From Candidatus Roizmanbacteria bacterium RIFCSPLOWO2_01_FULL_39_19 (GTDB lineage: Bacteria; Patescibacteriota; Microgenomatia; UBA1406; HO2-37-13b), in NCBI GenBank assembly GCA_001789725.1, contig MGAM01000015.1, positions 12,470-76,469 of the forward strand: a DNA stretch of 64,000 nt, written 5' to 3'. The notes under the pieces were generated by a model, which saw only the letters and a list, made by a program, of their open reading frames with translations, did not search any database and had not been told where the DNA came from. The translations under genes and the position numbers were made by a program. Numbering within the stretch: position 1 is the stretch's first letter; every line of letters begins with the position of its first letter. Below are positions 6,491 through 15,335 of the stretch, piece by piece.

Positions 6491-8200
6491 ATGAAACGTG
6501 TTTTATGTGGAATCATAATAATTTGTTTATTGACAACAGTTGTTGGTGGTGTTTTTGCTGATGAGCTTGATGATATTAACACAGAACTTTCGAAATTAAA
6601 AAGTTCTCTTGATGTGTCGCGAAACGCGACAAAACCTCTTGAAATTGACTTGAACAAAATCAACCAACAGCTTGTCTCAATTAAAAATCGCCTAACAACA
6701 ATTGAAACAAGTATCTCTGTTAAAGAAAAACAAATAAAAACAGCCGAACGTGCGTTTGTTGCCCAAAAACATATTCTAGACAAGCGAATTAAATCTCATT
6801 ATAAAAACATCAAAAAAGTGCAAAATTCTTTTCTTAATCTTCTTGTGACAGACAATGCTGCCACATCAATCCAGGGTTATTTTTATCAAAAAAAGGCAGC
6901 CGACAATGATAAACAAATTATCTTAAGAATTGTCGCCCACATTGAGTTGGTTGAGGAACAAAAAGATCAGTTGGATAATGAAAAAACAAAACTTTCAGCA
7001 ACCAAAAAGACAGTTGATGAACAATGGAAATTCTTAAACAACGAAGTTGTAAAGGCTAAACAATATCAAACTGAGTTATCAAGCAAAATTGCCCAACTTT
7101 CAGCTCAGCAACAACAGCTTATCGCCCGAAAACTTGCCAGTCTTAACCTTCCGACTTCTCTTGGCGCCGGTCCCTTGTTTTGCACCGACGATCGCAAGCT
7201 TGATCCGGGTTTTGGGCAAGCTTTTGCATTCTTTACTTATGGCATTCCCCATCGCGTGGGAATGAATCAGTACGGAGCACTTGGGCGTTCTAAAGCTGGC
7301 CAAAATTACAAGGACATATTGAATGCATACTTTGACGGCGTAACATTCGAAAAAAAAGATCCCCATATGAAAATAAAAGTGCAAGGATTTGGCGAGATAG
7401 ATCTTGACCAATATTTACTTGGGATTTATGAAATGCCCGGGTCTTGGCCGATCGAAGCTCTTAAAGCTCAGGTGGTTGCAGCAAGGTCGTACGCCTTATC
7501 ATACACCAATAACGGACAAAAGGAAATTTGCACTACGCAATCATGTCAGGTATATAAGGGAGGTAACAAAGGGGGTGACTGGGAAAGGGCGGTTCATGAT
7601 ACTGAAGGTGAGGTTTTAACAAGAGACGGACAGGTAATTACAGCATGGTATGCCTCAACGGCAGGAGGATATACATATACCTCATCAGATGTGGGCTGGG
7701 GAACACGACCTTGGACAAAACGCATGTCCGACTCTCCGGCAAACTACTCAAATTTTACAGATCTAAATAATAGTGCCTATGATAAAGAATCTCCTTGTTT
7801 TTATGCAGCTCAAGGATCAAGGGCTGAGTTTAATAAATCCGCCTGGTTAAAACCGCAAGAAGTTGCTGATATTGTAAATACCATACTTCTTGCTAAGGCT
7901 GACTCCTCAACGCAGCCTCATCTTTCCCAACTTGACAAACCCAACCCCGACGGAACTGACACGTGGGATATAGAGCGAGTTAAACAGGAACTTAAAAATC
8001 GCGGGATTAGTCCTTACTCTTCGATCTCATCAGTGTTAGTTGGCGCCGATTTTGGAATAGGCAAAACCACCTCGGTTAACTTCTCTGGAGATGGCGGATC
8101 TACATCGTTTGATGGCGGTGAATTCAAAAACTACTTTAACCTGCGCGCTCCTGCCAATCTCCAAATCGTTGGGCCACTTTTTAATGCAGAGAGAAAGTAA
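6491..8200 (+). CDS. SpoIID/LytB domain protein with an N-terminal coiled coil
   Basis: Signal peptide and a long coiled coil, followed by EALKAQVVAARSYAL...TQSCQVYKG...VLTRDGQVITAWYASTAGGYT (SpoIID signature). Confidence 0.8.
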   Translation: MKRVLCGIIIICLLTTVVGGVFADELDDINTELSKLKSSLDVSRNATKPLEIDLNKINQQLVSIKNRLTTIETSISVKEKQIKTAERAFVAQKHILDKRIKSHYKNIKKVQNSFLNLLVTDNAATSIQGYFYQKKAADNDKQIILRIVAHIELVEEQKDQLDNEKTKLSATKKTVDEQWKFLNNEVVKAKQYQTELSSKIAQLSAQQQQLIARKLASLNLPTSLGAGPLFCTDDRKLDPGFGQAFAFFTYGIPHRVGMNQYGALGRSKAGQNYKDILNAYFDGVTFEKKDPHMKIKVQGFGEIDLDQYLLGIYEMPGSWPIEALKAQVVAARSYALSYTNNGQKEICTTQSCQVYKGGNKGGDWERAVHDTEGEVLTRDGQVITAWYASTAGGYTYTSSDVGWGTRPWTKRMSDSPANYSNFTDLNNSAYDKESPCFYAAQGSRAEFNKSAWLKPQEVADIVNTILLAKADSSTQPHLSQLDKPNPDGTDTWDIERVKQELKNRGISPYSSISSVLVGADFGIGKTTSVNFSGDGGSTSFDGGEFKNYFNLRAPANLQIVGPLFNAERK

Positions 8201-8375
8201 CGACTAGCAGACTTGACATGTGATTGCTAACAGAGTATCGTTTTGATGGCGAACCGATTGTCGACTACAAAAGCAAAAATGTAGTTTTTGATATTACTAA
8301 ACGAAATTAAATTATTGACAAGAATAGTTTTCAAGATTTATACTTACCTGTTTGTTGACAGATTAGGTAAAATTT

Positions 8376-8699
8376 ATGGCAATAGCACTCACATCAACAT
8401 CAACGTTTGATACCGATGTTCTTAAAAAGGAGGGAGTAGTTTTTGTTGATTTTTACGCTAACTGGTGCGGGCCCTGTAAAATGACCGAGCCGATTGTCGA
8501 AGAGCTTTCCCAAAGTCCAAACTACAAAGATGTTAACTTTGTTAAAGTCGACGTTGACGCCCATAACGAACTTGCAGCCCGTTATAATGTTTTATCTATC
8601 CCAACATTTATGATATTTAAAAAAGGCCGGGTCGTATCTCAATTTATTGGCGCTCGTGATAAAGCATTTTTTGAGCGGGAAATCAAGCTGGCCTTATAG
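8376..8699 (+). CDS. trxA: Thioredoxin
   Basis: WCGPCK active site, ~107 aa, typical thioredoxin fold sequence. Confidence 0.9.
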   Translation: MAIALTSTSTFDTDVLKKEGVVFVDFYANWCGPCKMTEPIVEELSQSPNYKDVNFVKVDVDAHNELAARYNVLSIPTFMIFKKGRVVSQFIGARDKAFFEREIKLAL

Positions 8700-9117
8700 G
8701 GTCGTTTATCCTCATAATCCTTCCATGGATCATTTTAAGATGCATATGAGCTCTTCTAAGTAGATAGAGACAAAACTCTGAAAGCCACCTCAGAGAAGAT
8801 GAATAGGGGGCCTTAAGACCGGTGATCACTGCATTGTCAGAGAGAGGCAGCGTTACTGACTGGGTAGTTGTAAATTGAGAAACGCCGGTGCTTTCAACTC
8901 CCATCGACTGAAGGTCGGGGCTTATTTCGATAACATCGGGTCTATGTTCGACAAATTCTTGTACCTCTTGTTCTGGTTTATGTTCAACAATCTCGTGCAT
9001 TGGAGCATTCTCAAATGTCTTTGGAGATACAATAGCCTCTTGTCTTTCAACTCCTAACGAAGGCGTTGCTCCCGTACTAAGTAGGTGGTCAATTGGAGTG
9101 TAGTTTTGCATGTCCAC
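8683..9117 (-). CDS. Hypothetical protein
   Basis: 144-aa ORF, co-oriented and 42 nt downstream of the 9160.. gene. It has an acidic N-half and a basic/hydrophobic C-terminus (LRWLSEFCLYLLRRAHMHLKMIHG). I recognise no family. Confidence 0.45.
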   Translation of the reverse strand: MDMQNYTPIDHLLSTGATPSLGVERQEAIVSPKTFENAPMHEIVEHKPEQEVQEFVEHRPDVIEISPDLQSMGVESTGVSQFTTTQSVTLPLSDNAVITGLKAPYSSSLRWLSEFCLYLLRRAHMHLKMIHGRIMRINDPIRPA

Positions 9118-9159
9118 TACTATCGTATCAGTTTTTTATCTAAGTTGCCTTTAAAAAAA

Positions 9160-10320
9160 CTATGCAGCTTTTGAGCCCTTAACTATTGGTTCAACGCAGT
9201 TGGTTGAGGCTCCACAATTGCTACATTCTAAATAACTTCTGGCAAGTACGTTTGAGGCTAAGAATCGTACTTCATTATTACATATAGGACACGTTGTGAC
9301 TCGAAGATCACCCGTTACAGCTAATGATAGTGATTCTCTCATTTTTCTAAAAAGCGGACTACTTGGTGTTAATAACTCACCAAATGAGGTGCTCAAAGCA
9401 AGCTCTCTTATCAAGCTACCCATGGCATGCTTTGACCCTCCACAGGCAGTTGCAATCTCAATATCACTCCAGCCATATCGTCTTCCATACCAAACGGTTG
9501 TTGTTAAATAAATTTCTCGCACTTGTTGCTTTGTGAACTTCACGGTGCCTTTTTCTTCTATAAATCTGTCTATTATTTTCTCTGCAAGAATCTTACCCTC
9601 GCCTTCAAGCGTTCCCTCAAACGCCACATTAATTTGGTTGGCAATGTTTAATAGCGTTACAACAGAACCATGCTTGTTTTTATGAACCATCATATTCCTC
9701 CACGACGCCGTTCTTAATCTATTGGTTAAGTCACAAATGTCTAAATTTGTAGCTACTGGAGATAGTGTGTAGTAGGTAATAAAATCTTCTGTTGTCTGTT
9801 TAAGCCCTTTTGGTAGGGGCAATCCAAAACTATTGAGTATCCCCAGGGCGATCACTTCATTGGAGATAGTTACAGCTGATGCCTCAGCAACCCCGTCGTT
9901 ATTATGTCTGAAAACATACAATTGGCCACTGTGATAATATCCCCTTTTATAGTCTCCCCGTTGAGTCTCTTCAAAAGAAGATGGGCCAATTGGACTATAT
10001 TGAAGAACAATCGTTCTTAATGGTGAATTACGTAGGGCTTCAAAAACCGCAGCCATTCCTGGTTGGGTTATGCCTCCCCTTTGAGAAGGGTCTGTTTCGA
10101 TGATGTCACCTATTTGTCCATTGCTTAATACAAATCTTTGTGTTCCATCAGGATAAAGTTTCAAACTATACTTTTTGGATACGGCAGTATCGGTTAATCC
10201 ATGATCTACAAAAGTTTCTAAGTTTGCTCGAAGCAAGCTTACGCTTGCTGGCCCGCCTTCTTTCAAACGCCTCGCTTCATTTTGAGAGTTAAAACCATAT
10301 AAACTAAGTTCACTTGCCAT
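9160..10320 (-). CDS. Hypothetical protein with a C-terminal double CxxC zinc ribbon
   Basis: C-terminus is TTCPICNNEV...ECSNCGASTNC. I prefer the start at MASELSLYGF (10318-10320), because the 10321-10410 extension lies in a hairpin-rich, GC-richer stretch. I recognise no family. Confidence 0.55.
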   Translation of the reverse strand: MASELSLYGFNSQNEARRLKEGGPASVSLLRANLETFVDHGLTDTAVSKKYSLKLYPDGTQRFVLSNGQIGDIIETDPSQRGGITQPGMAAVFEALRNSPLRTIVLQYSPIGPSSFEETQRGDYKRGYYHSGQLYVFRHNNDGVAEASAVTISNEVIALGILNSFGLPLPKGLKQTTEDFITYYTLSPVATNLDICDLTNRLRTASWRNMMVHKNKHGSVVTLLNIANQINVAFEGTLEGEGKILAEKIIDRFIEEKGTVKFTKQQVREIYLTTTVWYGRRYGWSDIEIATACGGSKHAMGSLIRELALSTSFGELLTPSSPLFRKMRESLSLAVTGDLRVTTCPICNNEVRFLASNVLARSYLECSNCGASTNCVEPIVKGSKAA

Positions 10321-10500
10321 AATACTTTCCCTGCTTCGGGGAATTAATCTGTTTTGGTATTCGGGCTTTAACCGCTGCGGCACAGCTGCTGAATTACACA
10401 GCATTCCCATTCACACGCACGTATGCGCTGGCCTTCCCATCCCAAAGTAACATCGGGACAGTGACCATCTCCCAATCATGTTGGGGGATGAAACAGAAAC
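10321..10500 (-). promoter_or_regulatory. Structured leader RNA (candidate riboswitch-like element) between the ATR gene and the 387/416-aa ORF.
   Basis: Minus-strand RNA hairpins are CAUCCCCCAA/UUGGGAGAUG, UCCC/GGGA, a GCGCA-UACG-UGCGU tetraloop hairpin, two GCUG/CAGC hairpins, and UUCCC-CGAAGCA-GGGAA overlapping the SD-like GGGAAAG before the AUG. Motifs include GUCACUG...GGGAAGGCC and AAAGCCCGAAUACC. Confidence 0.35.
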
Positions 10501-10506
10501 TAAAAA

Positions 10507-11037
10507 CTAAGTCAACATATCGCCCTGTTCTCTGTTATACCACCGAGATAAAACAAACAGATAATCAGATAGTCTATTAATATAAGCAATCACATTTAAA
10601 ACGCTGTTTTTTTCAAGAACGTTTAATTTAAAAAACTCCACAAGTTGCCTTTCACACCGTCGTGTCGTTGTACGAGCAATGTGACAAAACACACAAAGGG
10701 GCGTTCCTTGAGGCAAAATAAAACGGTTTAGCTTTGGTAATACTTTTTCTTTTCTGTCGATTTCCTCCTCAAGATAAACTGTTGCCTTACTTAAATCTCT
10801 TATTAACTTATTCCCTGCCCCAGATAAGAAGCCCATCACGTTGTAAAGATTTTTTTGAATTGATGTCAAAAGTAACCTATCTTTGCTATCGATATTTTGT
10901 AAAAGAACTAAACCAAGGAAACTTGTTACCTCGTCAACTGCTCCATAAGCTTTAACTTGAGCGTTATTTTTAAGCAAACGCTTCCCTCCAAAAAGAGATG
11001 TTGTCCCATCATCTCCGGTTCTTGTGTAAACAGGCAT
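10507..11037 (-). CDS. ATP:cob(I)alamin adenosyltransferase, PduO type
   Basis: MPVYTRTGDDGTTSLFGGKRL...AYGAVDEVTSFLG is the canonical PduO-type ATR N-terminus. Confidence 0.85.
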   Translation of the reverse strand: MPVYTRTGDDGTTSLFGGKRLLKNNAQVKAYGAVDEVTSFLGLVLLQNIDSKDRLLLTSIQKNLYNVMGFLSGAGNKLIRDLSKATVYLEEEIDRKEKVLPKLNRFILPQGTPLCVFCHIARTTTRRCERQLVEFFKLNVLEKNSVLNVIAYINRLSDYLFVLSRWYNREQGDMLT

Positions 11038-11043
11038 TTTTTG

Positions 11044-13449
11044 TTAGCACGCAGAATACCCGCAACTATAACATTTTTTACAACCTTCTTCAAAAACTAA
11101 CGATGCTCCTCCGCATTCGGGACAGATATCAAAGTGTTGCTTTTCTTCGCTAAATAAATGTGGTTGATTGACGTTTGACACAGGGATGCTGCCAATCGGC
11201 TCTTTAAGTTGGGTGGGAGTATGGGTCCCATTTCCATTAGCAGCAACACTTTCGCTTGTCGCATCGATTAGTTTGCTATCAAGATTGTAATGAATCGCTA
11301 AAACCTTGGCAATTGCATCGGGCAAGCTTCGAACTCTTTCTTTGCCAAATCCGTAAGCTTGAGCTCCTCCAATGTGGGAAAGTTGATGGACAATTTCTTT
11401 AATACGAGCGTGTGGTGGTAAGTGAGATGAAAACCTCAATGCAACAGAGATCATTCGTCCCAATCCTTCAGCCATTGCCCCAACATCAGAACCGGCCTTG
11501 CCGACATTAATAAACACTTCTAAAGGTTCTTGGTTCCCATTGGTATTAACTGTTACGAAAGCAGTTCCAACGGGTGTTTTTATTTTATAAGTTGAACCGC
11601 TAACTACCATAGGTCGTGGTTTTACTAAATAAACCGAGGCATTTGTTTTCTCCTCTTTTTTCTTAGAATCGGAGTCTTCCCGCTCCAGTACCCCAGGACG
11701 TGATCCTTCTCTCATATAAGCAACCCCTTTACACCCAAGATCGTAGGCTAGGTTATATAACTTCTTTACATCATCAACGGTATGATTTTTGGGAGCATTG
11801 ACGGTTTTTGAGATTGAAGCATCAACATAATACTGGATTGTCGCCTGAATTTTGACATGATCCTCAGGGATCAAGTCGTTAGCTGATACGAACCATTCGG
11901 GACGGGTTACTTCGCCGGTCTCAATCTCAGCTTTATGATTAGCAAACCACTCATCATACAAATGATGGCGAATAATATGTTTGCCAAGTCTGTCGCGACG
12001 GACAAATTCAAATTCATACACCGGCTCAATTCCCGAGGAGGCTGTTGCCATAAGTGAAGTTGACCCCGTTGGCGCTTGCATAAAAAGCAAAGAATTTCTT
12101 ACTCCATGTTTGGCAATATCAACTTGAATGTTTTGAGGAAGTCTTTTTATAAATTTTCCTTGTGGATAAAGTTTCTTATCAAATTTTGGAAATGCCCCCT
12201 TTTCCTTTGCAATCTCAACCGATGCGATAAATCCTTCATCACGAATTATTCGGTAGATTTTCTCAACAATTTTTAAGGCTTCTTCAGAACCGTACCTCAT
12301 GTGCATTTTAATCAAGGTGTCACCAAGCCCCATGGTCCCAAGCCCAATACGTCGCTCTCCATTAAGTTGGGTGTCTTTGATGCCCTGGAAAATATAGGGA
12401 TCCATGTCAATGACGTTATCTTGAAATCTTACTGCGGTGTGAACTGTTTGACGAAGCATGTCATAGTCAAACTCTCCTACTTCGTCAATTGAATTTGAAT
12501 TGATAAAAGCCGAGAGATTGATTGACCCAAGATTACAAACTCCCCACTCAGGTAGAGGCTCCTCGCCACATGGGTTGACACAGTTAACTCTATTCCAATA
12601 CCAATTGCTGTAAAGTTTATTCACCCGCTCCATAAATACAACTCCGGGCTCAGCAGATCTCCACGCTGCATCAGATACCAGATCCCAAATTTTTCTGGCC
12701 TTAACCGTCTTATGGACGATAACGCTCTTACCTAGCTTTTTCCATATTTCCAAGTCCCCATTCCAAATCTCATCATATTCGGGGTCGTCCTTATCAGGAA
12801 AGACCAAATCCCAATCCTCATCGCGCTTTACGGCTGTCATAAACTTATCAGAAACACATACTGATAGGTTGGCACCATTAATCCTAGTTAAATCTTGCTT
12901 TACAGTAATAAATTCCTCGATATCGGGATGCCAATCCCACATCATCAACATTAACGCTCCCCGTCTCGACCCTCCTTGTTGGATGATGTCTTTTGTTGCA
13001 AGAGAAAACATCTCTGCCCAATTACATGGTCCCGAAGAAAATCCGTTAACTTTCTTAACTCTTGCTCCTCGCGGACGAAGCGATGAAAGATTAATTCCAA
13101 CTCCCCCGCCGTGGGCCATTATTTCAATCATTTGTGTCAGGGTTTCCATAATGCCCCCTCTTGAGTCTTTGGGTGAGGGAATGACAAAGCAGTTATAATA
13201 GGTAACCTGATATCCTGTCCCGGCTCCAGCCAGTATCCTGCCCCCCGGTACATATTTAAAGTCGATCAAAGCATCATAAAATCTTGTCTCCCATGTTTTT
13301 TTGTTTTTATAACCTTTTTCAACCTGAGAAACGGCATGGGAAACCCTCTTCCACATCTCTTCAGGAGATTTTTCTATTGGACTACCAGATTTATCCTTTA
13401 AAGAATAACGGTCCAAAAAAACTTTTTCTGATACTCCGGTTAACTTCAT
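11044..13449 (-). CDS. nrdJ: Adenosylcobalamin-dependent (class II) ribonucleoside reductase
   Basis: 801 aa with the class II RNR core (NCFV, GGGVGINLS, SNPCGEEPL-type motifs) and a C-terminal Cys cluster CPECGG...CKKCYSCGYSAC. Confidence 0.85.
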   Translation of the reverse strand: MKLTGVSEKVFLDRYSLKDKSGSPIEKSPEEMWKRVSHAVSQVEKGYKNKKTWETRFYDALIDFKYVPGGRILAGAGTGYQVTYYNCFVIPSPKDSRGGIMETLTQMIEIMAHGGGVGINLSSLRPRGARVKKVNGFSSGPCNWAEMFSLATKDIIQQGGSRRGALMLMMWDWHPDIEEFITVKQDLTRINGANLSVCVSDKFMTAVKRDEDWDLVFPDKDDPEYDEIWNGDLEIWKKLGKSVIVHKTVKARKIWDLVSDAAWRSAEPGVVFMERVNKLYSNWYWNRVNCVNPCGEEPLPEWGVCNLGSINLSAFINSNSIDEVGEFDYDMLRQTVHTAVRFQDNVIDMDPYIFQGIKDTQLNGERRIGLGTMGLGDTLIKMHMRYGSEEALKIVEKIYRIIRDEGFIASVEIAKEKGAFPKFDKKLYPQGKFIKRLPQNIQVDIAKHGVRNSLLFMQAPTGSTSLMATASSGIEPVYEFEFVRRDRLGKHIIRHHLYDEWFANHKAEIETGEVTRPEWFVSANDLIPEDHVKIQATIQYYVDASISKTVNAPKNHTVDDVKKLYNLAYDLGCKGVAYMREGSRPGVLEREDSDSKKKEEKTNASVYLVKPRPMVVSGSTYKIKTPVGTAFVTVNTNGNQEPLEVFINVGKAGSDVGAMAEGLGRMISVALRFSSHLPPHARIKEIVHQLSHIGGAQAYGFGKERVRSLPDAIAKVLAIHYNLDSKLIDATSESVAANGNGTHTPTQLKEPIGSIPVSNVNQPHLFSEEKQHFDICPECGGASLVFEEGCKKCYSCGYSAC

Positions 13450-13499
13450 TATGTTTTTCTTATGTCTCCTTTTTTTAAGGCAACTATTAAATGCTACTT

Positions 13500-13946
13500 T
13501 TACGCAATTGCTCTAATCTCCTGTTTAAACTCCTCAACGTCGACAAACCTTCGAAATACACTCGCAAACCGAATATAGGCAACTTTATCTATTTTCTTTA
13601 GTTTGTCAGCAACGATTGCCCCAATTTTTTGACTTTCTACATCGGTACCATCTTCTTGTTTCAGCTTGGTCTCTACTTTAGTTACTATTTCTTCGGCTAT
13701 TTCGAGACTTATCCTAGTTTTTTCGGTCGATTTTAATATCCCTTTTAAGAGTTTATTTCTGTCAAATCGCTCATGTCTGCCATCTCTTTTTATTACCATC
13801 AACGGCAGCTGTTCTACTCTCTCGTAGGTTGTGAATCGACGCAAACATCCGCCACATTCTCGTCTTCTCCTAACTACACTGCTTTCATCTGACGGGCGCG
13901 TTTCAACAACGTCTGTGTCGAATTTGTTGCAAAAAATACATCTCAT
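13500..13946 (-). CDS. nrdR: Transcriptional repressor NrdR
   Basis: MRCIFCNKFDTDVVETR zinc ribbon plus an ATP-cone, 148 aa. Confidence 0.9.
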   Translation of the reverse strand: MRCIFCNKFDTDVVETRPSDESSVVRRRRECGGCLRRFTTYERVEQLPLMVIKRDGRHERFDRNKLLKGILKSTEKTRISLEIAEEIVTKVETKLKQEDGTDVESQKIGAIVADKLKKIDKVAYIRFASVFRRFVDVEEFKQEIRAIA

Positions 13947-13957
13947 ATCCGTTTTTC

Positions 13958-13993
13958 ACACTATATCTTGTGGTAAGACACAATTTAGTACAC
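13958..13993 (-). promoter_or_regulatory. NrdR box (good) plus a second degenerate box, upstream of nrdR-nrdJ-ATR.
   Basis: ACACTATATCTTGTGG (13958-13973) matches acaCwAtATaTwGtgt at 14/16. ACACAATTTAGTACAC (13978-13993) matches at ~10/16 and starts 20 bp away. The boxes lie 11-50 nt upstream of the nrdR ATG. Confidence 0.5.
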
Positions 13994-14189
13994 CAAAAGT
14001 GCTAATGCAAGCAGTCAAAATATATACAAAATAGATCAAGAAAGTTATCCAAACGTGAAAGATAAATAAATTATGTTGATACTCAAAAAAAATTGAACAA
14101 ACATATTTGTTTGCGTTTCTAAAACAGATTAAATTTAAGAAAACACCCTCGTAATTGACAACCGTAGACAATTAGATGACAATAACACT

Positions 14190-14762
14190 ATGGAGGAAAA
14201 AAACAACGGGGCCCATTTAATAACTAATCCACAGGTATTATTTTCTTGGAGGGCACCAGTACGGGCATATAAACAAAAAACTGAGGGGATCTTAAGATTT
14301 TATTTTGCCCTAGCTCTCTTATTGTCCGTTGTTGTTGCTCTATTTGGAGATTGGATATTGATTCTCCCCATTGCTGCATCGGTTTTTTTGTTTTACGCAC
14401 TTACTATTACTCCTCCGGGCAATGTTGATTATAAAATCACCCGTTTTGGCATTGAGGTTGGCGGAATAGCATATCGATACGAAAGTTTGGCTGGATTTTA
14501 TATTACCCAGCGCTTTGACTATTTTGTAATCACGGCTGTTTCAAACAGTCCCTTTTTCAACCACATATATCTAATTACCAACAGTCAAGAAACTTTACAG
14601 ACAATAGTTGACGTTTTGTCTGATCATATTGTCTTTGTTGAAAAGCCCCAGAAAACATTTACTGACAAACTTGCTTCGGTTCTCTCAAGTCTCTTACCTG
14701 AGGAAAAGATTATTGTAGAGCCTCAAGAGAAGCATGAAACTGAGAAGGAGAAACCTCGTTAA
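14190..14762 (+). CDS. Hypothetical membrane protein (two TM helices)
   Basis: 190-aa ORF with a hydrophobic hairpin (LRFYFALALLLSVVVALFGDWILILPIAASVFLFYAL). Its 3' end overlaps the convergent gene by 53 nt. Confidence 0.5.
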   Translation: MEEKNNGAHLITNPQVLFSWRAPVRAYKQKTEGILRFYFALALLLSVVVALFGDWILILPIAASVFLFYALTITPPGNVDYKITRFGIEVGGIAYRYESLAGFYITQRFDYFVITAVSNSPFFNHIYLITNSQETLQTIVDVLSDHIVFVEKPQKTFTDKLASVLSSLLPEEKIIVEPQEKHETEKEKPR

Positions 14763-15333
14763 TTCCTATCATCCTCCCCCAACGCATCACTCCTTCATCA
14801 GCAGAGACTAATGCGCCGTCAACTTCGCGGGCAAGTAAAATAAGATCGATGTCAGCAGCGCTATCGATGAAGTTAAAACGAGTCGCCTGCCTAAAACGCT
14901 CTCTAAACTTAGTTATCACTGCTCCTATTTCTTTTTGATAATCCACCGCAGACATTGTGTCCTTGCCCATCATGAGTTTTGCTCCGACATCAATCTCTTC
15001 CTCGGCTACCTTCATACCTCGATAGGCACGATTTCTCGTCTCTTCGACAAATTCTCTTAAAACATTTGCTCCAATTGTCCCTTTGGCGCTGTCTGGAGAC
15101 TTCACGATGATGTTGGTAAAAAATGCATTTAAATAATCCGGCTCGTCGGTGAAAAAACTTTTCATCTCATCAACTATGTTTGGCGTCATATAGAAGAATG
15201 CTTTTTTTTGCTGGACAAGAATCGTTGCATATTGATTGAATTTCTCAATTACTTCTTTTGATGATCCCCCCCATTGAAGCCCGGACTGTAGATTGAAAAA
15301 AAGATTAGTATCAAGGGCAAATGAGTTAATCAT
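14710..15333 (-). CDS. PIN_5/UPF0278-family protein; candidate RNA-free RNase P (HARP, homolog of Aquifex Aq_880).
   Basis: ~200 aa with FALDTNLFFN (PIN Asp), FFYMTPNIVDEM, ITKFRERFRQATRFNFIDSAADIDLILLAREVDGALVSADEGVMRWGRMIGI. The order and spacing match my memory of the archaeal/Aquifex UPF0278 signature (LDTSvF.N, FYMPp.v..E, LR..YR.A.R.G.lDS..D.d.llLA.ElDG.lVSADeG...WA...GI). Confidence 0.65.
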   Translation of the reverse strand: MINSFALDTNLFFNLQSGLQWGGSSKEVIEKFNQYATILVQQKKAFFYMTPNIVDEMKSFFTDEPDYLNAFFTNIIVKSPDSAKGTIGANVLREFVEETRNRAYRGMKVAEEEIDVGAKLMMGKDTMSAVDYQKEIGAVITKFRERFRQATRFNFIDSAADIDLILLAREVDGALVSADEGVMRWGRMIGINEVSPSQFHASLEALQ

Positions 15334-15335
15334 AT

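Noticed and set aside
10321-10410. Longest-ORF start (MGMLCNSAAVPQRLKPEYQNRLIPRSRESI) for the zinc-ribbon protein.
   Set aside because: The extension coincides with stacked hairpins and a composition shift. MASELS at 10320 is preceded by a purine-rich stretch. It is kept as an alternative, not excluded.
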